Source of the DNA: a virus | Virus record (IMG/VR): IMGVR_UViG_3300008262_000126 | Span: 8,321-72,320 of that record | Direction: 5' to 3' (one strand) | DNA: 64,000 nucleotides | Program-made: the position numbers and the translations under genes | Notes under the pieces: generated by a model | Told to the model about the DNA's origin: nothing | What the model saw: the letters and a program-made list of their open reading frames with translations, nothing else | Databases searched by the model: none | Shown here: positions 9,281-19,400 of the stretch, in pieces | Layout of the letters: each line of letters opens with the position of its first letter | Numbering within the stretch: position 1 is the first letter of the stretch

Positions 9281-10231
9281 ATGAACGAGACAGAAAAGTT
9301 TCAAAAAGCCTTAGCTGAGACGGCAAAAACAGCAGGCAAAGACCTGGCAGGTAAGTCTGCTTTTGCGGAATTGTTGGTTCAGATGGTAGAGCCCAATCAC
9401 TTGACGCTCGACCTCTTTAATACGTTTATGCCCACTCGTCAGGCAAACATTGGCGATCCGATTATCCGACGTCTTCGTCGTGGTAAGTACTCGGTTCAGT
9501 CGATGGTTCCCGGCACCAATCACTTGGTCAGTCAGCCAACCACTGTCCAGGACTATCACTCATATGTGTTCGATCGTTTGATCGGCGGTGTGCGTGAGAG
9601 CCTCTGGAACGTTCAGCAGGGCAACATGATCACGGTTGAGATGATGCGTCAGCAGCTTGCGTTTGACCTTACCGACAACTTGGTGAACCGTGTGTTCAAC
9701 TTGCTGTCGTCGGTCTGGACCACTGCAAACACCCCATCACACTACGTGGAAACCGCAGCTTTGACCTACACGGCTTTGGATACGTTGATGGAAAACGTCA
9801 TGTACACCGCAGGTGGTGTCAAGGCTATTATCGGTACACGTAAAGCATTGCTGCCTATTTACAAGTTTGCCAGCTTCCGCGAATACATCTACAGCGGTAC
9901 CTCGAACGCGATTGCGTACCCTGTTAACGAGAAGTTGCTTGAGTACCTCAACACGAATCGTGTTTCGTACTACATGGGCGTGCCGTTGATTGAACTTCCA
10001 CAGGTGTTCAAGAACGACCTTCCAAACCCACGTGCAGCGCTCATTCCGGAAGACAAGATTATTCTCGTTGGCAACAACGCAGGGGAAGTCTTGTTGTACG
10101 GCGGTACTGAGTATCAAGAAAGTGTCGATATGACCATTCAGCCAGCAGACTACACGCTTCACGCGTGGATGAGCTACGGTTTGGTTGTCGACATGCCACA
10201 AAACATCGGTGTAATCAAGATTACTTCTTAA
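9281..10231 (+). CDS. Major capsid protein (HK97 fold)
   Basis: Size and position; SYYMGVPLIELPQ...IPEDKIILVG...MSYGLVVDMPQNIGVIKI C-terminal pattern; AGGAG SD. Confidence 0.85.
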   Translation: MNETEKFQKALAETAKTAGKDLAGKSAFAELLVQMVEPNHLTLDLFNTFMPTRQANIGDPIIRRLRRGKYSVQSMVPGTNHLVSQPTTVQDYHSYVFDRLIGGVRESLWNVQQGNMITVEMMRQQLAFDLTDNLVNRVFNLLSSVWTTANTPSHYVETAALTYTALDTLMENVMYTAGGVKAIIGTRKALLPIYKFASFREYIYSGTSNAIAYPVNEKLLEYLNTNRVSYYMGVPLIELPQVFKNDLPNPRAALIPEDKIILVGNNAGEVLLYGGTEYQESVDMTIQPADYTLHAWMSYGLVVDMPQNIGVIKITS

Positions 10232-10242
10232 AGGAATTAACT

Positions 10243-10755
10243 ATGGCAATGAACAACATTTACCCAACAGTCTCAGAAGAAGCGTATAAAAAATACGCAA
10301 AGGTGCCAATCAACATGCTTGCTGGTCTTCGTGTTGATCCCACCGATACAAAAGTCAATGTTGGGTGGTTACTGAGTACCGACGAAGAGAATTTCGATTT
10401 ATCGTCAAACAGTAGAAAAGCTTTTGTGTACGAGGACGAGGTAATCGAAATCTATTCAGAAATGGAAGACAAGATGTTTCGTCGTTTAAACAAAGGTCTT
10501 TTTGCAAAAGGGCTGTTGAAGGATTACCATGAGTCGCAGCTCCCCATCGACACGAGGAATTTTCTATCTGACGCGGAAGTTGCAGAAATTGTAGACTTGC
10601 GCTCGTTGGTTGAATTTACATCGCGCTTGGAAAAGTTTGACTCTCTTTCCACTTTGGAGCGAATCAAAGAATACGCCGTCTCCGAAAATAAATCGGTAAA
10701 AAAGGTTCAAGCTATTGAAGCTCGGATCAAGGCGGTACAGGATGTCGTTGATTAG
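10243..10755 (+). CDS. Hypothetical protein (post-capsid)
   Basis: AAGGA SD before the ATG at 10243; ORF track frame 10165-10755. Confidence 0.6.
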   Translation: MAMNNIYPTVSEEAYKKYAKVPINMLAGLRVDPTDTKVNVGWLLSTDEENFDLSSNSRKAFVYEDEVIEIYSEMEDKMFRRLNKGLFAKGLLKDYHESQLPIDTRNFLSDAEVAEIVDLRSLVEFTSRLEKFDSLSTLERIKEYAVSENKSVKKVQAIEARIKAVQDVVD

Positions 10756-11113
10756 TGAAGCTCTTTATATACGGGAGCAGTCTGAGCAATTTCTTGTTGA
10801 CAGCTGCGTTATCAAAGTATGGGGCGGGTTCACAACTGTTGACGGCGAGTACGCGGAGTCTTTTGCAGACTCCGCCCCTACTCCTTGTCGAGTGATCAAC
10901 AGATCAGGAAAAACAGGAATTTCTGCCAACGCTAAAGATAACATCCAGCTATTAACTAGTTTATCAAGCTATCGACTGCAACTCCCGTACGCAACTACGA
11001 TTACTACAAAAGATAAAATTTTGTATAATTCCATTCTGCATGACGTAGTATATGTACCACTCAAGCACTCATTGATGGGTGCTTTTGTCGTCTACATGGA
11101 AAAGCAGCAATGA
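10742..11113 (+). CDS. Head-closure/stopper-like protein
   Basis: DSCVI...PCRV...LQLPYATTITTKDKI pattern and position. Confidence 0.55.
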   Translation: MSLISEALYIREQSEQFLVDSCVIKVWGGFTTVDGEYAESFADSAPTPCRVINRSGKTGISANAKDNIQLLTSLSSYRLQLPYATTITTKDKILYNSILHDVVYVPLKHSLMGAFVVYMEKQQ

Positions 11114-11706
11114 CTGACCTTATTCAAACGATTAAGCAGTTTATTGTTACGTTGGATACTGTTAACGGTCAACTTGGCCAGGTCATACGCGGTCTTGTTC
11201 AACAAAACGTCGAAGATTATCTCGACACCCTCGCGGACATAAGTCCGGAAGAAGAGACACGCATGTATGGCAGGACACTTCTGCAATCAGATCTAACCAC
11301 TAATAAAAATTTTAGAGACCGCTTGAATAGCTATAAAGATGTTAATAAAGAAATAAAACAAATTACGGGAGATCCGGTTTTAACTTTGGACACTCTCGAA
11401 AATCCTTTGAAAGCTGCATTGATTGACGATTCTATTTTGCAGTTGTACAAACTCGCAAACGAGATTGTGCTTTTTATCAAAGACGGAAAGATTGATGGAC
11501 CGCGTCTCGACATTCTTGTTGAACGGGCTGTAAACGTGTCTACTAAAGACGCTACGCTGCCCGAGATTAAAGACATGCTCGAGGAGTTAGTTGATCGAGT
11601 ACAAACAATTTATTACGACAACTTCCAAAAGGAATTAGATCCAGAAGTTGACAAATATATATCGACATTAATAGATGGTGTTCTTTCTGGCAAAGGTGCA
11701 GCATGA
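11110..11706 (+). CDS. Hypothetical neck-region protein
   Basis: ATGA-coupled ORF between the head-closure and tail-terminator genes. Confidence 0.55.
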   Translation: MTDLIQTIKQFIVTLDTVNGQLGQVIRGLVQQNVEDYLDTLADISPEEETRMYGRTLLQSDLTTNKNFRDRLNSYKDVNKEIKQITGDPVLTLDTLENPLKAALIDDSILQLYKLANEIVLFIKDGKIDGPRLDILVERAVNVSTKDATLPEIKDMLEELVDRVQTIYYDNFQKELDPEVDKYISTLIDGVLSGKGAA

Positions 11707-12131
11707 TTATAAACGCGTTATACCCAAACATTTGGCGCATCGTCTCCAGGGCCTTAGTGCAGATATCTGGACAGTATGGTGGTCGCGTATTTTTTAATGC
11801 TGCCCCACCAGAAGCTCCCTATCCATATCTTATCTACCAAAGTGACAGCAGCCTCGGATACAGTTATGGCATGTTAAACATGTCGGCGTGGAAAGGAATC
11901 ATTACGATGAGGTCTATTTCCAGTACGCTCGCAGGAGCATCAGACTCCCTTGCCGAACTTTCTAACGGGTTTCCTGGTCCTTTTGTAGTATCTGGTATTG
12001 CTAACATAGCGGTGCCTTACGATGTTCAATTCTACCCGTACAAAGTTTACTCGTTTCCAGTAGAACGCCTTAACAGCACCGCTATATACACAGCGGCTAT
12101 CGGAGTCGAGGCCTTTATTACGCCGAAGTAA
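11703..12131 (+). CDS. Tail terminator/completion protein
   Basis: GGRVFFNAAPPEAPYPYLIY motif; directly before the tail tube gene. Confidence 0.7.
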   Translation: MIINALYPNIWRIVSRALVQISGQYGGRVFFNAAPPEAPYPYLIYQSDSSLGYSYGMLNMSAWKGIITMRSISSTLAGASDSLAELSNGFPGPFVVSGIANIAVPYDVQFYPYKVYSFPVERLNSTAIYTAAIGVEAFITPK

Positions 12132-12143
12132 TTTGGCTGAAGT

Positions 12144-12168
12144 CGAAGGTAGTACAACAAGATCTAAA
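12144..12168 (+). promoter_or_regulatory. Candidate late promoter CGAAGG-N13-TCTAAA (copy 2)
   Basis: Matches 8691-8715; upstream of the tail tube gene. Confidence 0.5.
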
Positions 12169-12275
12169 ACTAAAAGTTGCGGTGACTGTCGAAAGATAGC
12201 CTTTTCCGCACTTCTCCCCGGTTTCTATGCCGGCTTTATTATTACAAACCCAATCTTATGAGGAGAGTTACTTAA

Positions 12276-12707
12276 ATGGCTATTGTTAAAGGTATTGAAG
12301 GTTATTTGAAGATTCGCAACGCAGCCGACACCGGCTACGACAATGTCAAGTTTGTCTCGCAGTGGCAGGCTAGCTTGCAGACCCAGCAGGTTGATGCAGG
12401 TCCGTTCTTGAACGACAACGGTAAGATGTACACGTTCACCACCACGAAGCGTGTGAACGGTTCTTTCCAAATCACTTTGCCAACTGCTCAGCAGGACACG
12501 CACACTCGCTTGATCAACATCTCAAACTCCGGTGAGTACATCGGTGTTTCGTTGGTCTCGAAGGGTGGCTACACCATGACCATCCCATCGGCAATCATCA
12601 CTGGTTACCAGTTGACCAACGCTGCAAACGATCAGGTTACTGTCTCGTTTGACTTCATGGACAACGGTGGTTTCTCAGTGGCTCCTGCAGCCAACGGCGA
12701 CTACTAA
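12276..12707 (+). CDS. Major tail tube protein
   Basis: MAIVKGIEGYLKI...SAIITGYQLTNAANDQVTVSFDF; AGGAG SD; followed by a terminator. Confidence 0.8.
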   Translation: MAIVKGIEGYLKIRNAADTGYDNVKFVSQWQASLQTQQVDAGPFLNDNGKMYTFTTTKRVNGSFQITLPTAQQDTHTRLINISNSGEYIGVSLVSKGGYTMTIPSAIITGYQLTNAANDQVTVSFDFMDNGGFSVAPAANGDY

Positions 12708-12733
12708 ACTGCCCAGTGTTAAGCAGTAAATGC

Positions 12734-12776
12734 ACCCCCTCTGATAGATTACTATTAGAGGGGGTCACTTTTTTTT
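12734..12776 (+). terminator. Intrinsic terminator
   Basis: accccctctgatag-atta-ctattagagggggt followed by a T8 run. Confidence 0.85.
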
Positions 12777-12796
12777 AAATTTAAGGAGAGAACAGT

Positions 12797-13198
12797 ATGT
12801 TAGATTACGCATTTGGGGCCGGAGAATATTACGACAACGTGGATGATTTGCTTCAAGACGATTCAATGTTAGAGGTAGATTTGACGATTAAGGGATTAAA
12901 AAAACGATTACGTATCCGCGCTCTGAGCTTTGCGCAGATGGAGAAAATTAACCAACTTTCGCAGAAGAACGGAGAAATGGACAACACCGAGTTTACGGTA
13001 AATACTATTGTAGAGGGATTGATTCGTCCAAAAATGAATTCAGCACAGGCAAAGAAACTGCTTGATGCCAACGGGGAGGTAGTACGTGAACTCGCGGAAA
13101 ATATTTGGACTCTTGGAAAAATATCAAAAGACGCTTTCGAGAAGTACCTCGAGACACTTGAAAAGGACGCCTCTATATCGGAGCCCGTCGAAGAATAA
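12797..13198 (+). CDS. Tail assembly chaperone (gpG-like)
   Basis: Between tail tube and tape measure; LRIRALS...IVEGLIRPK pattern. Confidence 0.75.
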   Translation: MLDYAFGAGEYYDNVDDLLQDDSMLEVDLTIKGLKKRLRIRALSFAQMEKINQLSQKNGEMDNTEFTVNTIVEGLIRPKMNSAQAKKLLDANGEVVRELAENIWTLGKISKDAFEKYLETLEKDASISEPVEE

Positions 13199-13214
13199 CG
13201 CAGTCGGTATTCTA

Positions 13215-13460
13215 ATGAAAACCGCCATATCCACAAAGGATGAACTTGCGATGTGGATAGATCATTTTTTAAATTCAACGCAGTATACGGCACTAAATGC
13301 GAAGAAGCTATCTAAGCTTAGTTACGCAGATATGGCCGCAATCATTGCAATAAAACAAAAATCTTTAGAAGCTAGCGTCCGCCGCAAACTTCAAAAACAA
13401 AAGAAACTGGAAGAAAAAGAGTTAGTTGAGGAGGCGGAGACGTTCAAATTATTTATGTAG
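13215..13460 (+). CDS. Second tail assembly chaperone segment (gpT-like; start uncertain, possibly reached by frameshift)
   Basis: Frame open from 13086, overlapping the chaperone gene; no clear SD before the ATG at 13215. Confidence 0.5.
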   Translation: MKTAISTKDELAMWIDHFLNSTQYTALNAKKLSKLSYADMAAIIAIKQKSLEASVRRKLQKQKKLEEKELVEEAETFKLFM

Positions 13461-13470
13461 GTGGTGCTGA

Positions 13471-16400
13471 ATGTCAGATAGAATACAACAATTAGTAGGA
13501 TTAATTCAAACGCTGCTGCTTTTAAAAAGTACTAGTGAAGAGGCTGCTAATGTTTTTGAGAAGGTTATACAAAGTAAGGCAAACGCGCATGAGGGTGGTT
13601 TAGCCGGATATTTAAAAGAAATTACAGCAGACGCTAAAACAGCTACTACAACACTAGCTATATTAGAAAAAGAGATTAAGGCAGTAAGCGCGCTTCCAGT
13701 AAGGGCAGCAGCTGACGAAACTCTTACTTCAGAAGGTACTCGTCCGGCACCCGTAGTTTCGGATGCGGCACGTAAGCGTAAGGAAGTACAAGATCGGATA
13801 GATGACGAACGAAAAGCACTTAGAACAGAGGTGCGTGGTAACAATAGGCCAACAGTTGTAAACGTACATACAGATAGGCTAAAAAATTATGAACTTTTGC
13901 TTGCCCAGCTAGACGAACAAATAGACGAGCGAGAAGACACTCTCAGGGATCTGATCAGACGAACGCAAACTAAAATGAGAACGCCGGCAAAAACCTCTCG
14001 TTCAAGTTCACCAGTTGCGGATCCTGAGTACGCAGACATGAAATGGGCGCTTACTACACCGGATACTCGTTCCGCTACAAGTTATGCTGTTACACCGAAT
14101 CGAGGAGGACGGGTCAGCGTAGCTCAATCGGGCGGAGCAAGGCCTCCCGAAAACGCCTCCGTTTCGGCAATTGTTAAATATGTGAATACTCAACTGCGTC
14201 ACGAAAATCCAGCCGAAACTCGTCCGGAAATTGCCCCGATTGTCGCCGAACTTCAAAAACTTGTAAAAGACCGAGAAGAGGCAACTGTTCCTGCGGACAA
14301 AAATAGAATAAATCAGCAAATTAAGCAAGCATTCAAAAAGATAAATCAATCTTCTGGCACAGTAAGCAACACACAGCGACAAACGGCACAAGAATCAATT
14401 ATTGCCCCAATTATTGAAGCATTGCGGGCAGTAAAATTAGACGACCCTACACTTAATGCGGCAATGTCTCCAGTAGCTAGCAGTTCTGAAATTGAGTCCG
14501 CTCTAACCAGAGCCGTTGAAATGTTGGTAACTAGACTTGAGAATGGTGCAGCAGGAAGAGTAGGAGAAACAGCTTTAAGTACTGAAGGTTTTGAGTTTTT
14601 ACGTCCGGCGGCTTTTGATCAGTTGCTGAAAAGATTGAAAACGGTAGTTGCAGAAGCAACGACTCGACCGGTAATACCAAGAAGCCGAACAGTCGATCCA
14701 GGTACTGCAGAAGAAGTAGATTCTTCTGCGTTATTTTTGGGAACTGACTTTAGCATACAAAATGCCGGAGAAGATGGTAGTCCTCAAGTAGTAGACGCTT
14801 TACGGAGTAGCCGAGTATTTCCGGGACAGGTAACCAGAATCGGTGCTAACATTTCAAAGTATATTCAATCACTCAAAGCTTCACTAAATCCTACGCGTCG
14901 TTACAGTTCGGAAGCGCAAGGCGTAGACGTTCGTGCCGGTTCCCAAGTAGTAGCCGGAAGCTCAAGCGCCGTTTTCGGTGGGGGCATGGACGCCGAAGTA
15001 CAAAAGGCGGTTGACGCGCTCTTTTCAACCGTTATGCAGGACATAGAAGAAGGAAACATAAGGCCCGCTTCGATCGCAGGGCAGACTGTAGACTTGCCTG
15101 AATCTCTTGCAAAAATGGTTGTGGAGGCGATTCAATCTAGTTCAATTTTGTCAGAACACACAACAGCTTTCGGTAGAATGGCTGGAACTCGGGGACCTAG
15201 AGGGGCGATAGTTACTGGAGATCCAGTACGAAAGTTTGTTGCTTTGTTTGCGGGCGATTTAATAAATCAATATACTTCGACAGGGGCTGTTTCAGATCAG
15301 TCCGCTAGTCGTTTTGTAGAGCAGACAGTTGCTCCGGAACAAGAACAGGAAGTTACGTTGGCAGCAACTCACGCAAAACGTTTGCGCGAAAGACTTGTTT
15401 ATCAGAGAGATCAGGCAGATCTCAGTATGGTAACTGCGGCTCCAGCAATGGCTAATCGCTACAGAACTGAGTCGGCAAAGCTTGGCAAAGAGATACAGTT
15501 ACTGGATGAGATTCTGGCTGAATCTGAAAATCCAGAAGAGGAAAAAAAGTTAGCGCAAAGACGTGGACAGATAGCACTTCCGGGCAGTAACACAGCTCCC
15601 GCGTTAACGCGAGATCAAGCACTAACTGTTTTATTTAAACAGTCTATTGGATCCATTCCTGCAACACCTGATGCGGTAGCGCCGATTATAAGCAAAGCTC
15701 AGGAAGTTTCTGCGGGACTTGCACAATCGGGACTTACAATTCCAGCAAGACCCTCTTATGGAACTAGTCCCGTACAATCGTTAGTAGAGTATATGACATC
15801 CGGTCAGTCTATGGCACTAGACCGTTATCAAACTACTCCAATTACGCAGCAGTTAGACTCAGCCGGTAAAGTGTCGTCAGGTCAGCAAAATCGAGAGTTT
15901 ATCGAAATTATAAGCGATGCTTTTGGTTTATCTCGACAGTCTGCTTCTGCGGGTAATGTCATTACTGGTTTGTATCATGGAGCACGTGCGACAGACGCCA
16001 GCGGTAAAATGCTTGAGGGAGAAGAGCTTGATCAATCGCTTGGCGGTGGCTACAGAACAAAGAAAGGTTTGCAATCAATTGTTCAAGCATCCGCAGAGAT
16101 GGGTAGTTATGGTTCCGGCGGTATTCCCTTAATTGAGTACGCTAAGTTAGCAACTTCAACCGACCTTGACGCAGAGGAGCAGAGTCTATTTCAAGAGGTG
16201 CAGGCAAAACTTCCGCATCTGCAAGCAATAGATTCTGATTCACTTAAGCAACTTGCTGAGTTAGACACGTCGATGGATCCCAAAGAGTTAATTAAACGCG
16301 TGTTGACTTTGGCAGCCCCAGCAATAAAAAATCAAATAGTTGCTTCAATTAGGCGACGAGGTGGCGCTGCCGGCATGGGAGTTGATGAAGTCACTCAAAT

Positions 16401-19400
16401 GATTTCGGATTACGAAACAGCCGGGGTTGCTCCAGCAGGGTTTCAAGATGAATTTCGCGCTTTAGCGATGTTTGATCCTGCTAACATAAACACAACCGAT
16501 GTATCTGCAGCGGTTAACCGATCGCTTTCGTTGTTCAGCAATTTATTAACTGACAACGTGCAGTCAGGCGAAGGTATGCCTCAGTTTGCAGCCCGAGTTT
16601 TAGGAAGACAGGACCGACTAGTTGGTACGGGTCCGGATGTAGCTGCAGCCGTTCCTGATCAAGGAGCGTCTTACAGCTTGATGGGCAAGGGTGCAGAAGT
16701 TGCAAATCAAGAGTCTGGTCAAGTTGTCGGTGGTACGTATGGTCGCAATGTAGAAAATCAAATAAAAATTCAAGAAGCAATGAGTGAGTTTGAGCAGTTA
16801 ACTGCTGAAATAGAGGAAATGCAGAGAAGGATAGCTTTAGCACCTCACGAAGCTGATAAAGTACTTCCAGTTATCGAGCAAAAAAACAATCAACTTAAGA
16901 TTCTTAAACAAAAACTTGATACTTACAAAGCATCAGAACCAGATCCTATTTCTCAAAAATTTGAAGCTCTTTCCACAATTGCCCAAATGGACAATATTGA
17001 CCCCGCAACAAGAAGTGCTGCAATTTACGATTTAGGCATTATGCAGGAAATTTTTAATCAAACTGGCCGATACCAGATTGACGAATCCCAAGGATACGGA
17101 ACTGGTACTCAAGAGCAACGCCTTACTAATTTGATGGCTCATAAAGCAAAGTTAGACCGTTTGCAAAAATTGAGAGAAGAACGAGCAGCGTTAGAGGCAG
17201 AATCACCTGGAGATGGTCCCGCTAAGGCAGTTGAAGCTGTAATTAAAGAATCAGACGTTGATGGAGAAATTGCAGCTGTCACAAAAGACATTAGCGACAT
17301 GAAGTCCGAAGGTACGGGGTCAGAAAAAAAAGTTGATGCTTCACCTTATGCAAATATGAATATGACGGAATTGGAAGATCTTTATCAGAGATCTTATCAA
17401 AAATATGATAGAGCTATGTCTGCTGTACCTGGAATAGAAGAGGCAACCCAGAGATACCACAACTATGAAGGCGAGGATGACGAACAAGAATTAGAAATCT
17501 TAGTAAAAGCTCTTGAAGGCGCACGGGAAAATAACCCAGAGGTTGCAAAACTGTATCAAGAGCATCAAGCAGTAAGTGACGAGTATGAACGCCGTATCAA
17601 GGCTAATATCGAAAATAACCGCGCAATACAAGAAAAATTATCTCCTGCTGAAACTTCGGTTATGGCAACTTCAGTGCCAGGAACAATAGATGAAGAAATA
17701 GCAATAGACGAAAACGCCGTACCTTTAAAAATCCCTAGAATAAATCTTACAGAAAGTAAAGATATCACTGATGATGTTACGGCTGAGGATAAGTCAGTTT
17801 TTGTACACCCGGCTACTGTGGAAGCACAACTTATAGAATCTCCGGCCTTTACGGCATTTTTAGCTGGTAAAGAAAATCAGATAATAAGTGGTAATCAAGA
17901 TCGACTAGCCATCCGTCAAGATGCGGAAACAGGTGCACTTACGGCAGCGGTGGCTGATGGAGCGAGTTCGTCTTGGTTTTCCGCGAGGTTAGCCAACATG
18001 CTAGCAGAAGAGGCTGTTAACTTACCTACAGACGAGCCTTTTACAACCGAATCAATTTTATCGAGAGTTAATAACAGATCGGCACAAGAACAAGTAGACA
18101 AAATTTTAGAATATTTTACTGACGAGGACTATCAAACCCGTTATCAATTGCAACGTATGGGTTTAGAAAAAAATGATAAATCGAAAGAAAAATTTAAAAA
18201 ATTTTTACAACCTTTTGAAGAGGCCGGTACAAGCCCAACTGTCAGAGAACTTATAGCATTTTTACACGGTGAAAAAGCTGCAAACGACCCTGCCAACATT
18301 GGCCAGGTTGCCGGTGCTACGTTTGCCGGTTATCGCAGAACAAGAAGTTCAGAAGGCTACAAGCATGAATTTCTTACTGCTGGAGATGCTTTAATAGAAT
18401 CGGCTGATTTAGGTATTGCTAAAGAGACGCTGGGCGAAAATAAAACGAATCCGGACGGAACTCCCTACACAGGACCGCAAACTGCAGGGATTATATCAAC
18501 TGAAAGTGGAATAGCTCACCCAGGAAAAGTTTTGACAATTGAGTCAAAAACTCCGGCACGTGTTTTCTTAGCGTCCGACGCATATTCACATAGCGGAGAA
18601 TTCAGCCGACTTGATCCGGAAGTTGATGCTGGAGGTTTTGTTAACTTAGGTGAAAGACTGCTTCTTGACGAGGGGGAGTTAGGTACTCGGCAAGACGACC
18701 GAAGTTTTATAGGCATTACAGGAAGCGAGCAGACGGGTCCTGTAGTAAAGACCGGCGGACTTGCTGAAGAGGGATTTACAGGATTAGAATTTACCGATCA
18801 GTTAGAAGCGTACTTAGCACAAGAAAAACGTAAATTAAGTCAGATAAATCAATTGCTGACCGACAGGCCGGATATAGATAAAGAGTTAGAAAGAGAACGT
18901 CAAGCATTACTTAAATCTGCTGAAGCCGAAGTTGAACAACAAGGACAACTTGCAGAAGAAATAACAAACACACATCGAGCGATTGCTGATGAATATGACG
19001 CGGTTGTTGACAGATTAATGAAAAACAGATACGCCGGTCCCGAAGAAAAAGCTCAAGATAGCGAAAAACATCGAAAACTGGCGCAAACGCCGGAAATGCA
19101 AGAAGTTTTAAAAGCAAGAAGAGAGGCGTTTAAAGCTGAGCAAAAGTACAAGCAGATAGTAGCCGAAAACCCGCCGACAAGTGCAGAAAAAGCTAAAGTA
19201 GTTACAGAAAACAATATTCAGGCATTAACAGAAGAGCTTACAAAAAGAGGAGTAATCTTACCGACTGAGACAACACCAACAGCGGAAACTGTGATACCGG
19301 TAACTGACGTTACATCGGTTGCTGAAGAACCAAAAAGAATTGCAGATGAGCCTGTTAAAGTCAGTGCCGAAATTAAAGCATCGCCCGAAGAGATTCAAAA

